Shown here: positions 13,111 to 27,500 of the stretch, piece after piece | Layout: each line of letters begins with the position of its first letter | Position numbering within the stretch: position 1 is the first letter of the stretch | Assembly (NCBI RefSeq): GCF_009914755.1 | Contig: NC_060925.1 | Reading direction: 5' to 3' (one strand) | Length of the DNA stretch: 64,000 bases | Source: the human T2T-CHM13v2.0 reference genome, Homo sapiens | Translations under genes and position numbers: made by a program | Notes under the pieces: generated by a model | Told to the model about the DNA's origin: nothing | What the model saw: the letters and a program-made list of their open reading frames with translations, nothing else | Databases searched by the model: none

Positions 13111-14000
13111 TACAATGGGGAATTCTTGAACAATTTTCTTGGGTCATTATCAGCTGGCACTGGGGCAAGAGAGGAGGGCTAATTGTTTGTCTCTTGGTCA
13201 AAGGTGCTGCAGAAAGAGGGGAGCCAAAGAGAGATACCTGATGATCCCACGGCAGGCCATGGGAAATGTGACTAAACATTTGCTGCAAGTTTTCTTTGCC
13301 ATTTGACTTCTGTATATGCACCTTCCTGGTTTACAGATATAAACCAACCACCTCCCCTTAATTTTGCCAAGAAGTCTCCCATCTTGACAAACAATTCCAA
13401 AAACTGGAATCCATGACATTCCAAAAATGTTATGTCATCTATGAGGCCTTTGAAAACTAATCAGTAAAAACATAACTTCTTCAAAATTTCTGTCTAGCCA
13501 TTGAAATGCCAATACTTTCTGCATTTTCTGTTTTCTTAATGCTAAGTGATTATGCAGCTTTTGATTAGTCTCTTTTGCTTCATGGATAACGGTGAAGGAA
13601 TGCTTACAAAAGACAGTACTGGAAAAGGCAAAATAAGGCTTTCTCACAGAAAGACACACAAAGCAGGGAGGACTTCATCAACTAGTGAAACCACAGAGCT
13701 CTACCCCTAATTTAGGAATGTTTTAAACTCCATTTTAAGATAATGAGAGTAATCTATGAAGGCAAAGTCTAAATAAAATTTGTAAGATGAAGACAGGATA
13801 AGCTAACATGGGTAGCTCTTAATGAGAAATTCAACTTTGTGTATATTTATTTTAAAAGTTTTGCCTAAGGCTCTCTGTTTCACATATAACATATAAACTT
13901 AACTATTTTAATGTTTTTTTTTTTAATAAAGGAAAGATGTGGGATACATTCAATGACATACTTCTCCTTGACCAAATAAATGGCTGTGACTGAAACTCTA

Positions 14001-14018
14001 TTGCCATCTAGTGGCATT
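14001..14018 (-). promoter_or_regulatory. Candidate CTCF binding site
   Basis: TGCCACTAGATGGCAA matches the CTCF core CCASYAGRKGGCR. Confidence 0.6.
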
Positions 14019-14064
14019 ATGACTTAAAATAGTTTTAAATTTTTTATTTTAAAAAATAGTTTTT

Positions 14065-14315
14065 CAATGAGAACATACGGACACAGGGAGGGGAACATCA
14101 CACACCGGGGCCTGTCGGCGGGTGTTGGGGCAAGGGGAGGAAGAGTATCAGGACAAATACCTAATGCACGTGGGGCTTAAAACCTAGATGACGGGTTGAT
14201 GGGTGCAGCAAACCACCATGGCACATGTATACCTATGTAACAAACCTGCACGTTCTGCACATGTATCCCAGAACTAAAGTAAAATAAAAATATAACAATG
14301 AAATAAAAATAAAAT
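14065..14315 (+). mobile_element. L1PA 3' end fragment
   Basis: GGGTGCAGCAAACCACCATGGCACATGTATACCTATGTAACAAACCTGCAC...GAACTAAAGTAAAATAAAA. Confidence 0.9.
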
Positions 14316-14508
14316 AGTGTTTTTAAGGGTGAAAGAAAACCTATTGCAGGATGAATGCAAAATGAATTAAACAAATATTAAGTATCTACTATGTGCCATA
14401 TATTTCTGCCATATTTGTAAGCTGTTAATAACAACTAATAGAAAGTATTAACTCATTTTCAGTACTGTTACCTTATTTTAAAAGGCCTCTTCAAATGTAT
14501 TCTTTTAG

Positions 14509-14868
<360 letters not shown>

Positions 14869-15129
14869 TAAGTCAACAGAATAAAATATTTGTCCTTGGT
14901 CACTTGCTCTGTTAACCAATGAAATTAACTTGTGCCAAATGGCAAACAATTCTCTCAAAGGAGTATAGCTGTAAGTTGGTGGGTAAAAAAACAGAGTGAT
15001 ATGTGAATCAAGTGACCATGCTTACTAATTTCAGACTGTCCACAATAAAAATCTAATCTCTCATTCTGAACATTTCTAATAGTTTATGGTTCCTCTACCT
15101 GTCAGCTGACATAATTCAGAAAAAGGCTG

Positions 15130-15375
15130 CAGGGGCAGTAAAGCATAGGGTTTTAAAGCATGGGCCCTCCCTAGGGTCAGAGTTTAGGTTAAACTTTCAG
15201 CTCTACCCCTTACTTGTGGCATGAGTTTGGGCAAGTCACTCTAGGTCTCAGTTGCCTCATATGTAAAATTGGGATAATAATATACCTACTTTATAGTATT
15301 GTTGGGAGGATTAAATCAGGTAATCTGTATAAAGTGCCTAATACAGTGCCTGGCACATATTGAGAGCTCAAGAAA
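15130..15375. mobile_element. MIR
   Basis: TTGGGCAAGTCACT...CTCAGTTGCCTCATATGTAAAAT...AGTGCCTGGCACAT MIR core. Confidence 0.75.
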
Positions 15376-15769
15376 TTGAGTGGAGAGTGCCTAGGAGAAA
15401 GGGGCTCTCTACTTACAACTCCAGCCCCAGCTCCATCTGATTTAACTATAGGTTCTGGAAACAAATTTGCTGATTGGCTACAGCTGCCATGGCAGCTATG
15501 AAGATCGAGAACGTCACAGACAGTATTTTATTTGGAACATGGAACATGGAAATTAGGCTTCAATTACGTATTTTTACATTTTTTAAAATGAATACAACAA
15601 AACTGAACTCTTAATTTTACTTCCAAAGCATGTTCTTGCTTGTGGCAGACACCATGGACTGTAAAGCAATCCACAAGCTCCTGCTCCCTGTCTCCCTCTA
15701 TTATTGAGGCTGGACAGCTGTAAGCAATCAATTGCTGCAGCCTCCTGCAGTGATGCCCTGTCTTCCACC

Positions 15770-16125
15770 TCAAACTGTCCTCCTCCCACCTGCACAGGGC
15801 AAATTCCATCTCCTCCTTCAGGTCTCAGGTTTAATACCCTGTTCTTAGATAGGCCTTCCCTGATCCACCCATCGTAAGTGTCAAACTCGATATTTTCTGC
15901 CTCAGGGTTTTAAAGCATGGGCCTCACAGTATTTTTCATCATTTGTAAATATTCATTTAATTGTGTTTGCTTGTTGTCTGATTCCTCATCAGACTGTGAA
16001 CTCCAGGAAGGCAGGGAATGTGTCTATCTTGTTTACCATTGTCCCCTAGGCCTAATTAATATATCAAGTGCTCAAAACACTGTAATTCCTCAATAAATGT
16101 AATGAATGAACAAATGAATGAATAA
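15770..16125. mobile_element. L2 3' fragment
   Basis: AGACTGTGAACTCCAGGAAGGCAGGGA...CTCAATAAATG...(GAAT)n. Confidence 0.65.
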
Positions 16126-16955
16126 AAATAGGTTAATCTGTGTTAAGGGTATATGTTATTTCCATGGTCTAATCTACTTTGAGGGATTTTTGAGAGAATT
16201 AGATGATGTATATAAAGCACCTAGCAAAAGGTCTGCAACATAATAAGTATGCAGTATTATATTCCCTTTGATTAAATCTAGACTTCTCAGCTTGGCATTC
16301 AAAGCCTGTTAAGTAGTCTCACCATGTCCATTCATTTTTATTTCTCATTATTCAACTTAAACTCATCCAACCAGCTTAATCCTCTACCATGCTACATTAC
16401 AGTTTCGAATTCTCTATCTTCTTTCATGCTACTTCATTCAATACAATACTTCCCAATGCTTACAAATCGAAGATACCTTATAGTTCCTACAGGCTAAAAT
16501 TTGACATTAAGATATTCCACAAGATGTTTCTTATTAACTTGGCTCACAATTCTCCTATGTGGTAAAAATCATACAGTACTCTCCCTGAATCTATCACTTG
16601 GTATATTTCTAGCACTTTATCTGAATCTATCACCTTATACATAGGCTAGTCATTCTAATTTCTTTTGAAAGCCTAATTTAATTTAGGTATTAGCCTTATT
16701 AGCCACTTAATTTAAATAATTATCACGGCTTCAGTTTTATAATATATGGGCTTGCAGGATGAAATTACAGATTCTGTTCTTTGATATATAGTTATACATA
16801 AATGTCTAAATTTCTGGGTATCTGCATGCTCCCCAAACCCAAATATTAATTTTCAACAGTCACTTCGACAGGAGGCTTATTTTGCATGAAAATGACCAAT
16901 AGGAAAAAAAAGTCCAACTCTGACAGATTTGTAAGTTAAAGTATAGTAAATTTTT

Positions 16956-17710
16956 CAGAGAAATGCAAATCAAAACCACAATGAGATACCATCTCACACC
17001 AGTTAGAATGGCGATCATTAAAAAGTCAGCAAACAACAGGTGCTGGAGAGGATGTGGAGAAATAGGAACACTTTTACATTGTTGGTGGGTCTGTAAACTA
17101 GTTCAACCATTGTGGAAGACAGTGTGGTGATTCTTCAAGGATCTGGAACTAGAAATACCATTTGACCCAGCCATCCCATTACTGGGTATATACCCAAAGG
17201 ATTATGAATCATACTGCTATAAAGACACATGCACATGTATGTTTATTGCGGCACTATTCACAATAGCAAAGACTTGGAACCAACCCAAATGTCCATCAAT
17301 GATAGACTGGATTAAGAAAATGTGGCACATATACACCATGGAATACTATGCAGCCATAAAAAAGGATGAGTTCATGTCCTTTGTACGGACACGGATGAAG
17401 CTGGAAATCATCACTCTCAGCAAACGATCGCAAGGACAAAAAACCAAACACCGCATGTTCTCACTCATAGGTGGGAATTGAACAATGAGAACACTTGGAC
17501 ACAGGAAGGGAAACATCACACACTGGGGCCTGTCGTGGGGTGGGGGGAGGGGGGAGGGATAGCATAGGAGATATACCTAATGTAAATGACGAGTTAATGG
17601 GTGCAGCACACCAACATGGCACATGTATACATATGTAACAAACCTGCACATTGTGCACATGTACCCTAGAACTTAAAGTACAATAATAATAAAAAAAGAA
17701 ACAACAAAAA
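16956..17710 (+). mobile_element. 5'-truncated L1PA (young primate L1) with TATAGTAAATTTT TSD
   Basis: ORF2 C-terminal remnant (MFIAALFTIAKTWNQPKCPS), G-rich 3'UTR, A tail, TSD. Confidence 0.93.
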
Positions 17711-17836
17711 ATATAGTAAATTTTATTATAGTAAAAACCTAGAAGTTTCTGTATTCTGTTTCAGAAGCTATAATTGACTAATGAAACATAACATTGTAAC
17801 TGAGATTGAGATGCATTTTCTCAAAATGCTTCCTAC

Positions 17837-18010
17837 CTCTGTCCAGAGACCCATATGGAGATTTTCCCATGAATCCTCCTTTTCCCTTGGGGCTGCTGTA
17901 AGTAGGTGAGTACTAAATGTTGCCATTTGCTTGGGAGGAAAATATTCTCCTGTGATTCAACCTGTGCTAGTAAAACAGCTTTCATGTCATCATTTGAATC
18001 CATGCACACA
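17837..18010 (-). CDS. LYST: LYST exon 14 (174 nt; VCMDSNDD...KWQHLVLTY...ISIWVSGQ)
   Basis: TTCTGTAG| acceptor, GAG|GTAGGA donor; the WxHLVL motif is typical of LamG/ConA-like folds. Confidence 0.95.
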
Positions 18011-18719
18011 CTACAGAAAAAGAGAAAAGGCATAGGCTGAAAACATGAAAATTCTGACCTCAGTGTTTAACATACATATAGTAACTATAATTCTAAATAA
18101 GTAAGATTAAAAATCAGTTCTATTTTTTTTAAAGTGCTTGAAAAGTCAGTAGGTCTTCGTTTTATACCATAAGTTACTTAGTTATTCTATCATTACCTCA
18201 ATTCATGAACTAAAATAGATTAGGCTCATTGGCTGGTAGTCATAATTTAGGCAATAATGTTCAGAATTCAGTTTGTAAAAAAATATATATTATTACTATT
18301 TATATAGCCATTGCCCATTTAGAAATTACAATGTATTATTTGGTTCATAGAAAAATTAATATAAATGTCTAAGTATTGGAGGTCTAATCTACTTTGTGGG
18401 ATTACTGAAAGAATGAGGAGATAATGTACATAAGGCACCTAGTAATGTTTGTAACGTTTACAAAGTATATATTCCTAAATAACATACTGGTTTGTTTAGA
18501 TTTGAGTTTTAGACAAATAGTATCATACTATTCATACTCAATACAAATAAAAGACCTGTATCTATACTACTTAATAAAGGAGATAGTATAAAAGGACAAG
18601 ATAACAAGGAGAACCCAAGCTTATTAGGTAATCGCTATTAAATATATAATGCACATGGAAAACTTATGTCTGTTAATAACATCTTAAGACCATTACAATC
18701 TGATAGAATATTTCCATAG

Positions 18720-19140
<421 letters not shown>

Positions 19141-19337
19141 TAGACTTTATGGATTTTTGGATAGAATAATACACTATTATAAAAGTGGTATTAATAGCTG
19201 TTAGAATGTATATATTTTTAAATGAGACTTTTTGTTTTGCTATAATGAACTTTTATTAGTAGATTTCACATTAATGTCTCTTACACAAATTATTTAAATA
19301 CATTATCTATTCATGGGAGGCTGAGGATAATCAATAC

Positions 19338-19482
19338 CGAAAGATAAGAGTGGCATTGTGGGGATCAGCCCACACTTGGATCATCAACGCTTTGGATCCC
19401 AGTGAAATTATATGAATACATCCTTCTTCTATGAGTCTTTCACCAGGATTTATGTACTCTGCACCTTCTGGTCTGTCGCTCT
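19338..19482 (-). CDS. LYST: LYST exon 13 (145 nt; [17 protein letters not shown]...[12 protein letters not shown])
   Basis: TTATAG| acceptor, TCG|GTATTG donor, frame continuity. Confidence 0.94.
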
Positions 19483-21577
19483 CTATAAGAAAAAGATGTT
19501 AGAATGATCAGTAAAATGGTTCGTAACAACTGAGTAGAAAAGTGAATTTAGAAGAATACAAAGCAAATTTGTTCATTTGTAGTAGGTTATCTACCCAGAA
19601 TGTCTGAGCCTGACCTGTTCTAAACAACCATATTTTCAGAGTATAGATGTTAACTCCAAAAAAGCACGAGGGATGAAAAATGGTAATTCAGTACTTTAAA
19701 AGTTATTAGATATTAAAAAATGTATAATAACTGAGGACAATTGTGGGCGTAACCAGACCGCTATGTGACAACCTATTACAATGTGTACCAAGCTTCTTTT
19801 ATCAACTATGACTTCACTGACCCTGGTCCAGGGAGCACACATCATTGTCCATGCCTCACACTACCAAAACTCATTCTAGAATTATCACAATATGGCATGA
19901 TTTAAAAAAAAATATCATATTACAAATTTTAAGGAAAAACTCTAGTGTTTGAATATATTCATAATTTATATTCCCTGGTGAGTAGTTTTTGCATATAATT
20001 GCTAAGTGATTCTGAAACTCTAATGTTTCTTTAAGGCAAGCTAGGGTAAATGCTTACAGGCTTGGGCTATCTGGTTATTTATCTTGACTCCTCTTCCTCA
20101 TCTTTGAAAACCCAGCACTGCCTGAAGATGTATGATGATCTACTTGTCATTATAATACATGTGACTTTATGTAAAGCTATGTTATGATATATCAAAATCC
20201 AAAATACATGTCCAAAGGCTCAGACTTTTAAAGAACACTACTGCTTATTAGACTGCATACATATTAGTTGCTATTTTTCAACAGGTAAAACCATGACCGA
20301 TGTTAAAAAAATACTCCCTGTAGCGATGACAATAGTTTTAAAAAAGAAGAGTTAAGGTCACTGATTATTTTGAGGCTGCTGACCAAGATATATGATATAC
20401 AGAGAACTCACATCTGATGTGAAATTTTAAAAATGTTCCATACCAAATATGAACTTCTGCAAATAAAAGAGTAGGACAAAACCAGTGTGTACCTAGGAAT
20501 TATAGAGTAGTAATATTACAAATATTTAACTTAATGCTCACAACCATCTTATAAGGTAAATATATATAGGGTGACAAAATTGAGGTGCTGAGAGGTTAAT
20601 TTGCCCAAAGGCACCAGTTAGTTTAGAGGTAAAAGGTATGATATCGCAGCAAAATATTCTTTATCTCTCTTCAAAACTTTTTATATATGTCTACTATTTT
20701 TAAGTGTTTATACAAAATCATCTTTCTAAAATATGTTTTCTAATATATCCTTAAAATAAAAATTAAGAAAAAACTTTCCAATATTTACTTTTCTCAGGTC
20801 ACTATGTATATTTATTCATTTTATAAGAGACTGTTTACATTGAGATTGCCTCCATTAAAACATGAGAAAGCAATCTGCATAGCTTATAGTATAGTAGCAA
20901 TGTTAAGGCTCTGGAATTAAAAACAGGTGGGTTTCAATTCCTTTCCATCACTTACCAGCTACATAACTTGGTCATGCTACTTAACTTCCTCTAAAAATAC
21001 AGATAGTATGAGCACTTACTAACTTGTTAAGATTAAAAATGTATATAGAACCAGCTGAGCAAAGTGACACATACACAGAAAGCACTCAATGCACATTAGA
21101 TAGCATAATAAATATTATCACATGTAGAGCTATCAGTTCTTAGGTGGCAAAATTCAATCCACAACAGAAAATTCTAGTGAAGGCATAGTGTCCTAAAACA
21201 GAGGTTCCACTGGATGAGAAAGATTTGTGGAATGAAGAGCTACTGAGGCCTGCATCTCCATGTACATATAAAACCCTAAACATCTGTCTCATCCAGTCAT
21301 TTCATTCATTCCACAGGCCCTAAGAATTATCCTACCTACTTCACTTTCCATCACCATAAATTGCTTTTCAATGAACAGTTTTTTTTCTGCCCTAGTCATA
21401 TGAGAAACAAGATGCAGTATAATAGCAATTCTTCAGTTAAAGAAGGAACTGGAATGAAATTTATTCTAATGTTGGAGAATGGCTGATGCATTTAAACATT
21501 CTGTGACAGGAACTAGGGGAGGGCCACTGAGGTAAGACATGGCATGAGAAGGAGAACTTGAAATAAAAGAGAGAAAG

Positions 21578-21956
<379 letters not shown>

Positions 21957-22335
21957 CTAATAGGGGCTGGGAAACAACAGAAAGAAAGGCAGCTATAAGG
22001 TTTTATCCTTTTATAACATCAGGAGCCACCCTAATCCAGTAATGGGACCAGGAGAGAAGTCACATAAGGAACTTTAGGGGCTGATGACCCCAGAAAAAGT
22101 TGTATATGTGGTGTCCCCTTCACCCCTATAAAAAACTAAAGTTTCCGTAATAGAGATTCAAGGCTTTATGACAACTCATGCTTTGATAAGTCAGGACCTA
22201 CCACCACTAAGTAAGGCATTTAAGGTGAAGAACATGTTAAGAGTGTTAAGAACACTACCACATTTTTACGGCTCAAGGAAAATTATAGTCTGAAAACAAT
22301 CTTTGTGTACAAATCAGATAATCCTGTCATCATAC

Positions 22336-22762
22336 CTGTACCATCAAAACTGCTATCTGGTAAAATTAATGATTTGTTTCTTTTCTTTATCTTCTTTCCT
22401 TTTTCTGTAGTACTCTCAGCTTCATGGATACACTCCACATTAAACCACAGGGAAACACTGAAACCTTCTGATAGGTGTGGCCAGCAATTTTGCCCCAGCA
22501 ACGGCAGGTGGACTGGGGCTATGTGCCAAGATGAAAGCAGCCGATGGGGAAAACTCTCTCTATCAGCCTCTTTCTTGCTCCGTGAAACTCGTGCTCTTCT
22601 CAATAAACCCATGGCCTTACTGTTTAAAATCCCAGGATACTTTTGTGATGAAACACCGTTGCTTAAATTTGGAGCGTGCAGTAAAGGGAAGGTTAGATAC
22701 TGTGAAGGGCTCATAGTAGTATCACTTTCAATAATTTTCAGAATACCCAGAAGAAGAATTTT
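22336..22762 (-). CDS. LYST: LYST exon 12 (427 nt; start of ConA/LamG-like region, [10 protein letters not shown])
   Basis: CTCTAG| acceptor, CAG|GTATGA donor; overlaps the 143-aa ORF. Confidence 0.96.
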
Positions 22763-22910
22763 CTAGAGAAAAAGAAAAACAAATGAAACTTTCTAATCAC
22801 GTAATAAAGTACATAATAATCTTGAAATTTAGGTTATAAATGAAAATACAAACATACCCACACATATCAGCATTCCTATTTAAATACCTTCCTATCTCCC
22901 ACATCTTTAA

Positions 22911-23282
<372 letters not shown>

Positions 23283-23285
23283 TAA

Positions 23286-23600
<315 letters not shown>

Positions 23601-24139
23601 TTAGATGTTCTCTGGAACATCCAATCCCACTACAAAGTAGCTCCAAAGTTTTCTGTCTTATTTGCTTATGCTTCTAGTCAAGGTTTCATTATAAAAATGG
23701 GTTTCCTAGCAGATAATAGTTTAAAAGACACTAAGCCACACCAATGGAAAGGGGAAGCATAGACAATAATTGAAGAGTATAGTGGATAATAACCTTTTGA
23801 AAAGGATAATCCCTAAGATGGTTGTAACTATTCATAATTAAGTTCTCTTTAGTAATTAAAATTATTCAGCTTTTCTGAAGCACAAAAACTGGGGATGGGG
23901 TGGGTAAAGAAAATATAATCTCAGCGATATGTCTGGTTAATCCAAATTGAAGTGAAATGGTTAAAATATATGCAAATAATTGAGTATTTCACACATAATA
24001 ACATGAAATTGCCTATACCAACTGTCACATCAAAAGAAAGAGCTTAGTAACATTTCTAAATAATTAAAAATACATTCTATTAAAAATTGTAAGTGAAAGA
24101 ATTTATCAGTGAAAAATGTAAAAATTATAGCATATTTAC

Positions 24140-24249
24140 TGTACAAGGAGATTTCTCCAGAAATATTCTCAAAAGAAGGGTTAGCTCTTCTGAACATGTT
24201 CTTGAACTCATCAAAGATACCAAAAGATCCACCAATACTCTCTGGCATG
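24140..24249 (-). CDS. LYST: LYST exon 11 (110 nt; [36 protein letters not shown])
   Basis: AATTTAG| acceptor, weak ACA|GTAAAT donor, frame continuity. Confidence 0.93.
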
Positions 24250-24410
24250 CTAAATTAAAGAAAGAGGGAAAAAATTAAAGCTAGTACACAATTAGAGGAA
24301 TAAATGAGCAATTTCACCAAAAGAGGTAAAATACTATTGTCACTTTTTGAATGGATTATAAAAAATCTAGTATAGGAATCACAAAATTTGCTGAAGAAAT
24401 AGCAATATAA

Positions 24411-24773
<363 letters not shown>

Positions 24774-27159
24774 TGAGCTCACTTTTCTTGAAGATTAATT
24801 AGCTACAAGTAAACTAAGGGCATTCTTTAAAGAAACATAAATCAATATAATATTTGTTAAGCTAATGCTTCTATATCATAAAATAGTCTGCTATCTTATC
24901 TTGAAAATGTTTAAATTATATCTATCACTTTTTAAGTACGAAATTAGATGACAAGTAGTGGAAATATTAAAGATGATTTAAATACTTAAATACCACAAAC
25001 TATTTAGTTTGAACATTTTCTTTATTCCATCATAGGTTTAGCATAAAACATAAATGGTGATATACAAATTCATAGAATTCTTTGGAGCAAAATAATAACT
25101 AATATTTGTAGAGCAAATTATAGTGTTCAAAGTATTTTTACATGCTTTATTTCAGCTGATCCTCACCAAAAACAAAAAACCCTAGAAAATAAATATTATC
25201 TCCACTTTGACCTGAAAGAAATAATCTTGATTTAAAACCTGAGATAAGTTTTAAAAGACTGGTAGTTTTGGAAGACCTGGAGTTTAGAGAATAGAAGCCA
25301 TATTTAAGCAACATATTTTGTAGAAGCAATGAGTTGACACAGTAGCAAAATAGTACATACATCTGGAGAGACTACTTGCAATGAGACTATAAAATAGCAT
25401 GGACTTTATCCTGTACATAACATGAATCCATTAAAGGTTTTTAAGTAGGAAAATAATATGATCAGTGTGTGTGCTTACTTTTTTTTTCCAGTTCAAAACT
25501 GAGAGGTTCCAGTTAAAAATGGGGAAATGGATATATACACTTGCTTCTGTGTACTACTGAAAACTCATAGCATTAAAGTACAGAATTATAAGAAGGAAGA
25601 AATCCGTAACAGCAAAAATATGTGGGGGCAGTGGGCATTGGGGCACATCTAGTAAGAGATTTAAAAATATTTCTTGAAGATGGAAAAGTAGATGTATAAG
25701 AGAAAGCTGCAACCTAGAATTCCTTTGAATTACAAAGAGGTTCAGAGCAGTAAGAAGCCGAGCTGTCCATCTAAGGTCTGGAGAGAAAGTGACAGTGCGG
25801 CCGACAATACAGGGATTAACGAAAGGTCTGTCTGTGAATATCCACCTCTCTCCTGTTTCTCAGTACAGAGCACAGATAGTTCAGTATTCACTTTTAGGTC
25901 CCAAACCTGATAACTCTTCTCTAAATAAACGAAATGGTCAGGTGTATACAGGCTTTTAGCATCATGGCTACTGAGTGTAACTGTACAGTCTGCAGACTGA
26001 ACAAACTGCCTAACCAAAGGGAAAAGTAGAGACTAAAATAAAGTCTGAATGCTGTATGCCAAGCCATGCATCCTGGTTTTGGGCTGTGATGCCTGGATCA
26101 AGAAAGGGATGCCTTTTTTCTCAGTGCAAAGACACTATACGCCAGCCAAGCCCTATATGTGAAAGATGCATTTTTCTAAGGTATGCAAACTGCCATGTAG
26201 GGTAATAGTATCCCTAATGGTCCCCCAAAGCAAAGCTCTCTTCATTAGGGTGTTTGGGAAGCCCCTAATCATCCAATGGCACATTCACACAGAGCTCTTC
26301 CACATACTACCCACTCAGGAAAGAGGCCAAAATAGAAAACAAATTCACTTTCACAATATTAGAGGAAATCTCCAACAGTTTTATTAAATATAAATGGTCT
26401 AAAAAGGTTCATAAAAATATTAGAGAATTAGCAACCTAAATCAGTAAAAATAATATTTAAAAAACAAAAAAACAGACAAAACTGACCCCAGAGGAAAAAG
26501 AGATAATTTGGGGACAGAAGAAACTTTAAGATGTTTATTACTATAATCAAATATATACAAGGAGATATTATATCCTTATATGAAAAAGAAATAACCAGAA
26601 AACAATCAAAAAAGAGCTCTTAAATATTAAAATTACCGAAATAAAAAATTAAATAAAAGGTTGGGATTGAAAAAATGTCTCAAAATGTAGCACAAAAACA
26701 GTGATGTAGTCAATATGACAGGAAAGATAATCTTATCTTTGCAAGATCAATTGGGAGGCTCAAGATAACAATTAGAATACAAAAAAAGAGGAGGGAATAT
26801 GGAGAGGAGAAACTTATTTTTTAAAATAATAAATCTTTATAATCCTGTATTAGATCTAAGATATGACACTAAAAGCAAAGCAATGAAAGATAGAATAGAC
26901 AAATAGGACTTCATAAAAATCTTTTAAAACATGCTTCAAAGTAAACCATCAAGAAAGTTAAGAAACAGCATAAAGAATGGGAGAAAATATTTGCAAACCA
27001 CATATCTGATGAGGAACTTGCATCTAGAATACATAAAAAAAACCTCTTACTATTCAATAATCAAAACATGAATCACCAGTATAAAAATGGCTGAAGGATT
27101 TGGATAGGCATTTCTCTGAAGAAATCCAAAGAAAATACGCAAATAGCTAAAAAGCACAC

Positions 27160-27500
27160 TGCTATGGTGTAAATATCTGTCCCCTCCAAAACTCAAGTTG
27201 AAATTTGGTTGCCATTGTGGTAGTGTTAAGAGATGGGATCTTTGGGAGGTGACTGGGTCATGAGGAGTCTGCCCTCATGGGTGTGATTCATGCCCTTATG
27301 AAAGGGGGAGTTCAGCCCCCTTTTGCCTCTCTTCCTTTCTGCATTTTGCCATGTGAGGATGCAGCAAGAAGACCCTTGCCAGATGCTGGCACTTTGATCT
27401 TGGACTTTCAGTCTCCAGAACTGTGAGAAAATAAATTTCTGTTCATTACAAATCACTCAGTCTGTGGTATTCCATTATATCAGCACAAATGGGACTAAGG
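27160..27500. mobile_element. MaLR LTR (MST/MLT1-like) inserted in L1
   Basis: TGCTATGG...CCAGAACTGTGAGAAAATAAATTTCTGTT...GGACTAAGGCA; interrupts contiguous L1 sequence. Confidence 0.8.

Noticed and set aside
22305-22766. 153-aa + strand ORF
   Set aside because: Antisense shadow of exon 12; no independent start, splice or homology evidence
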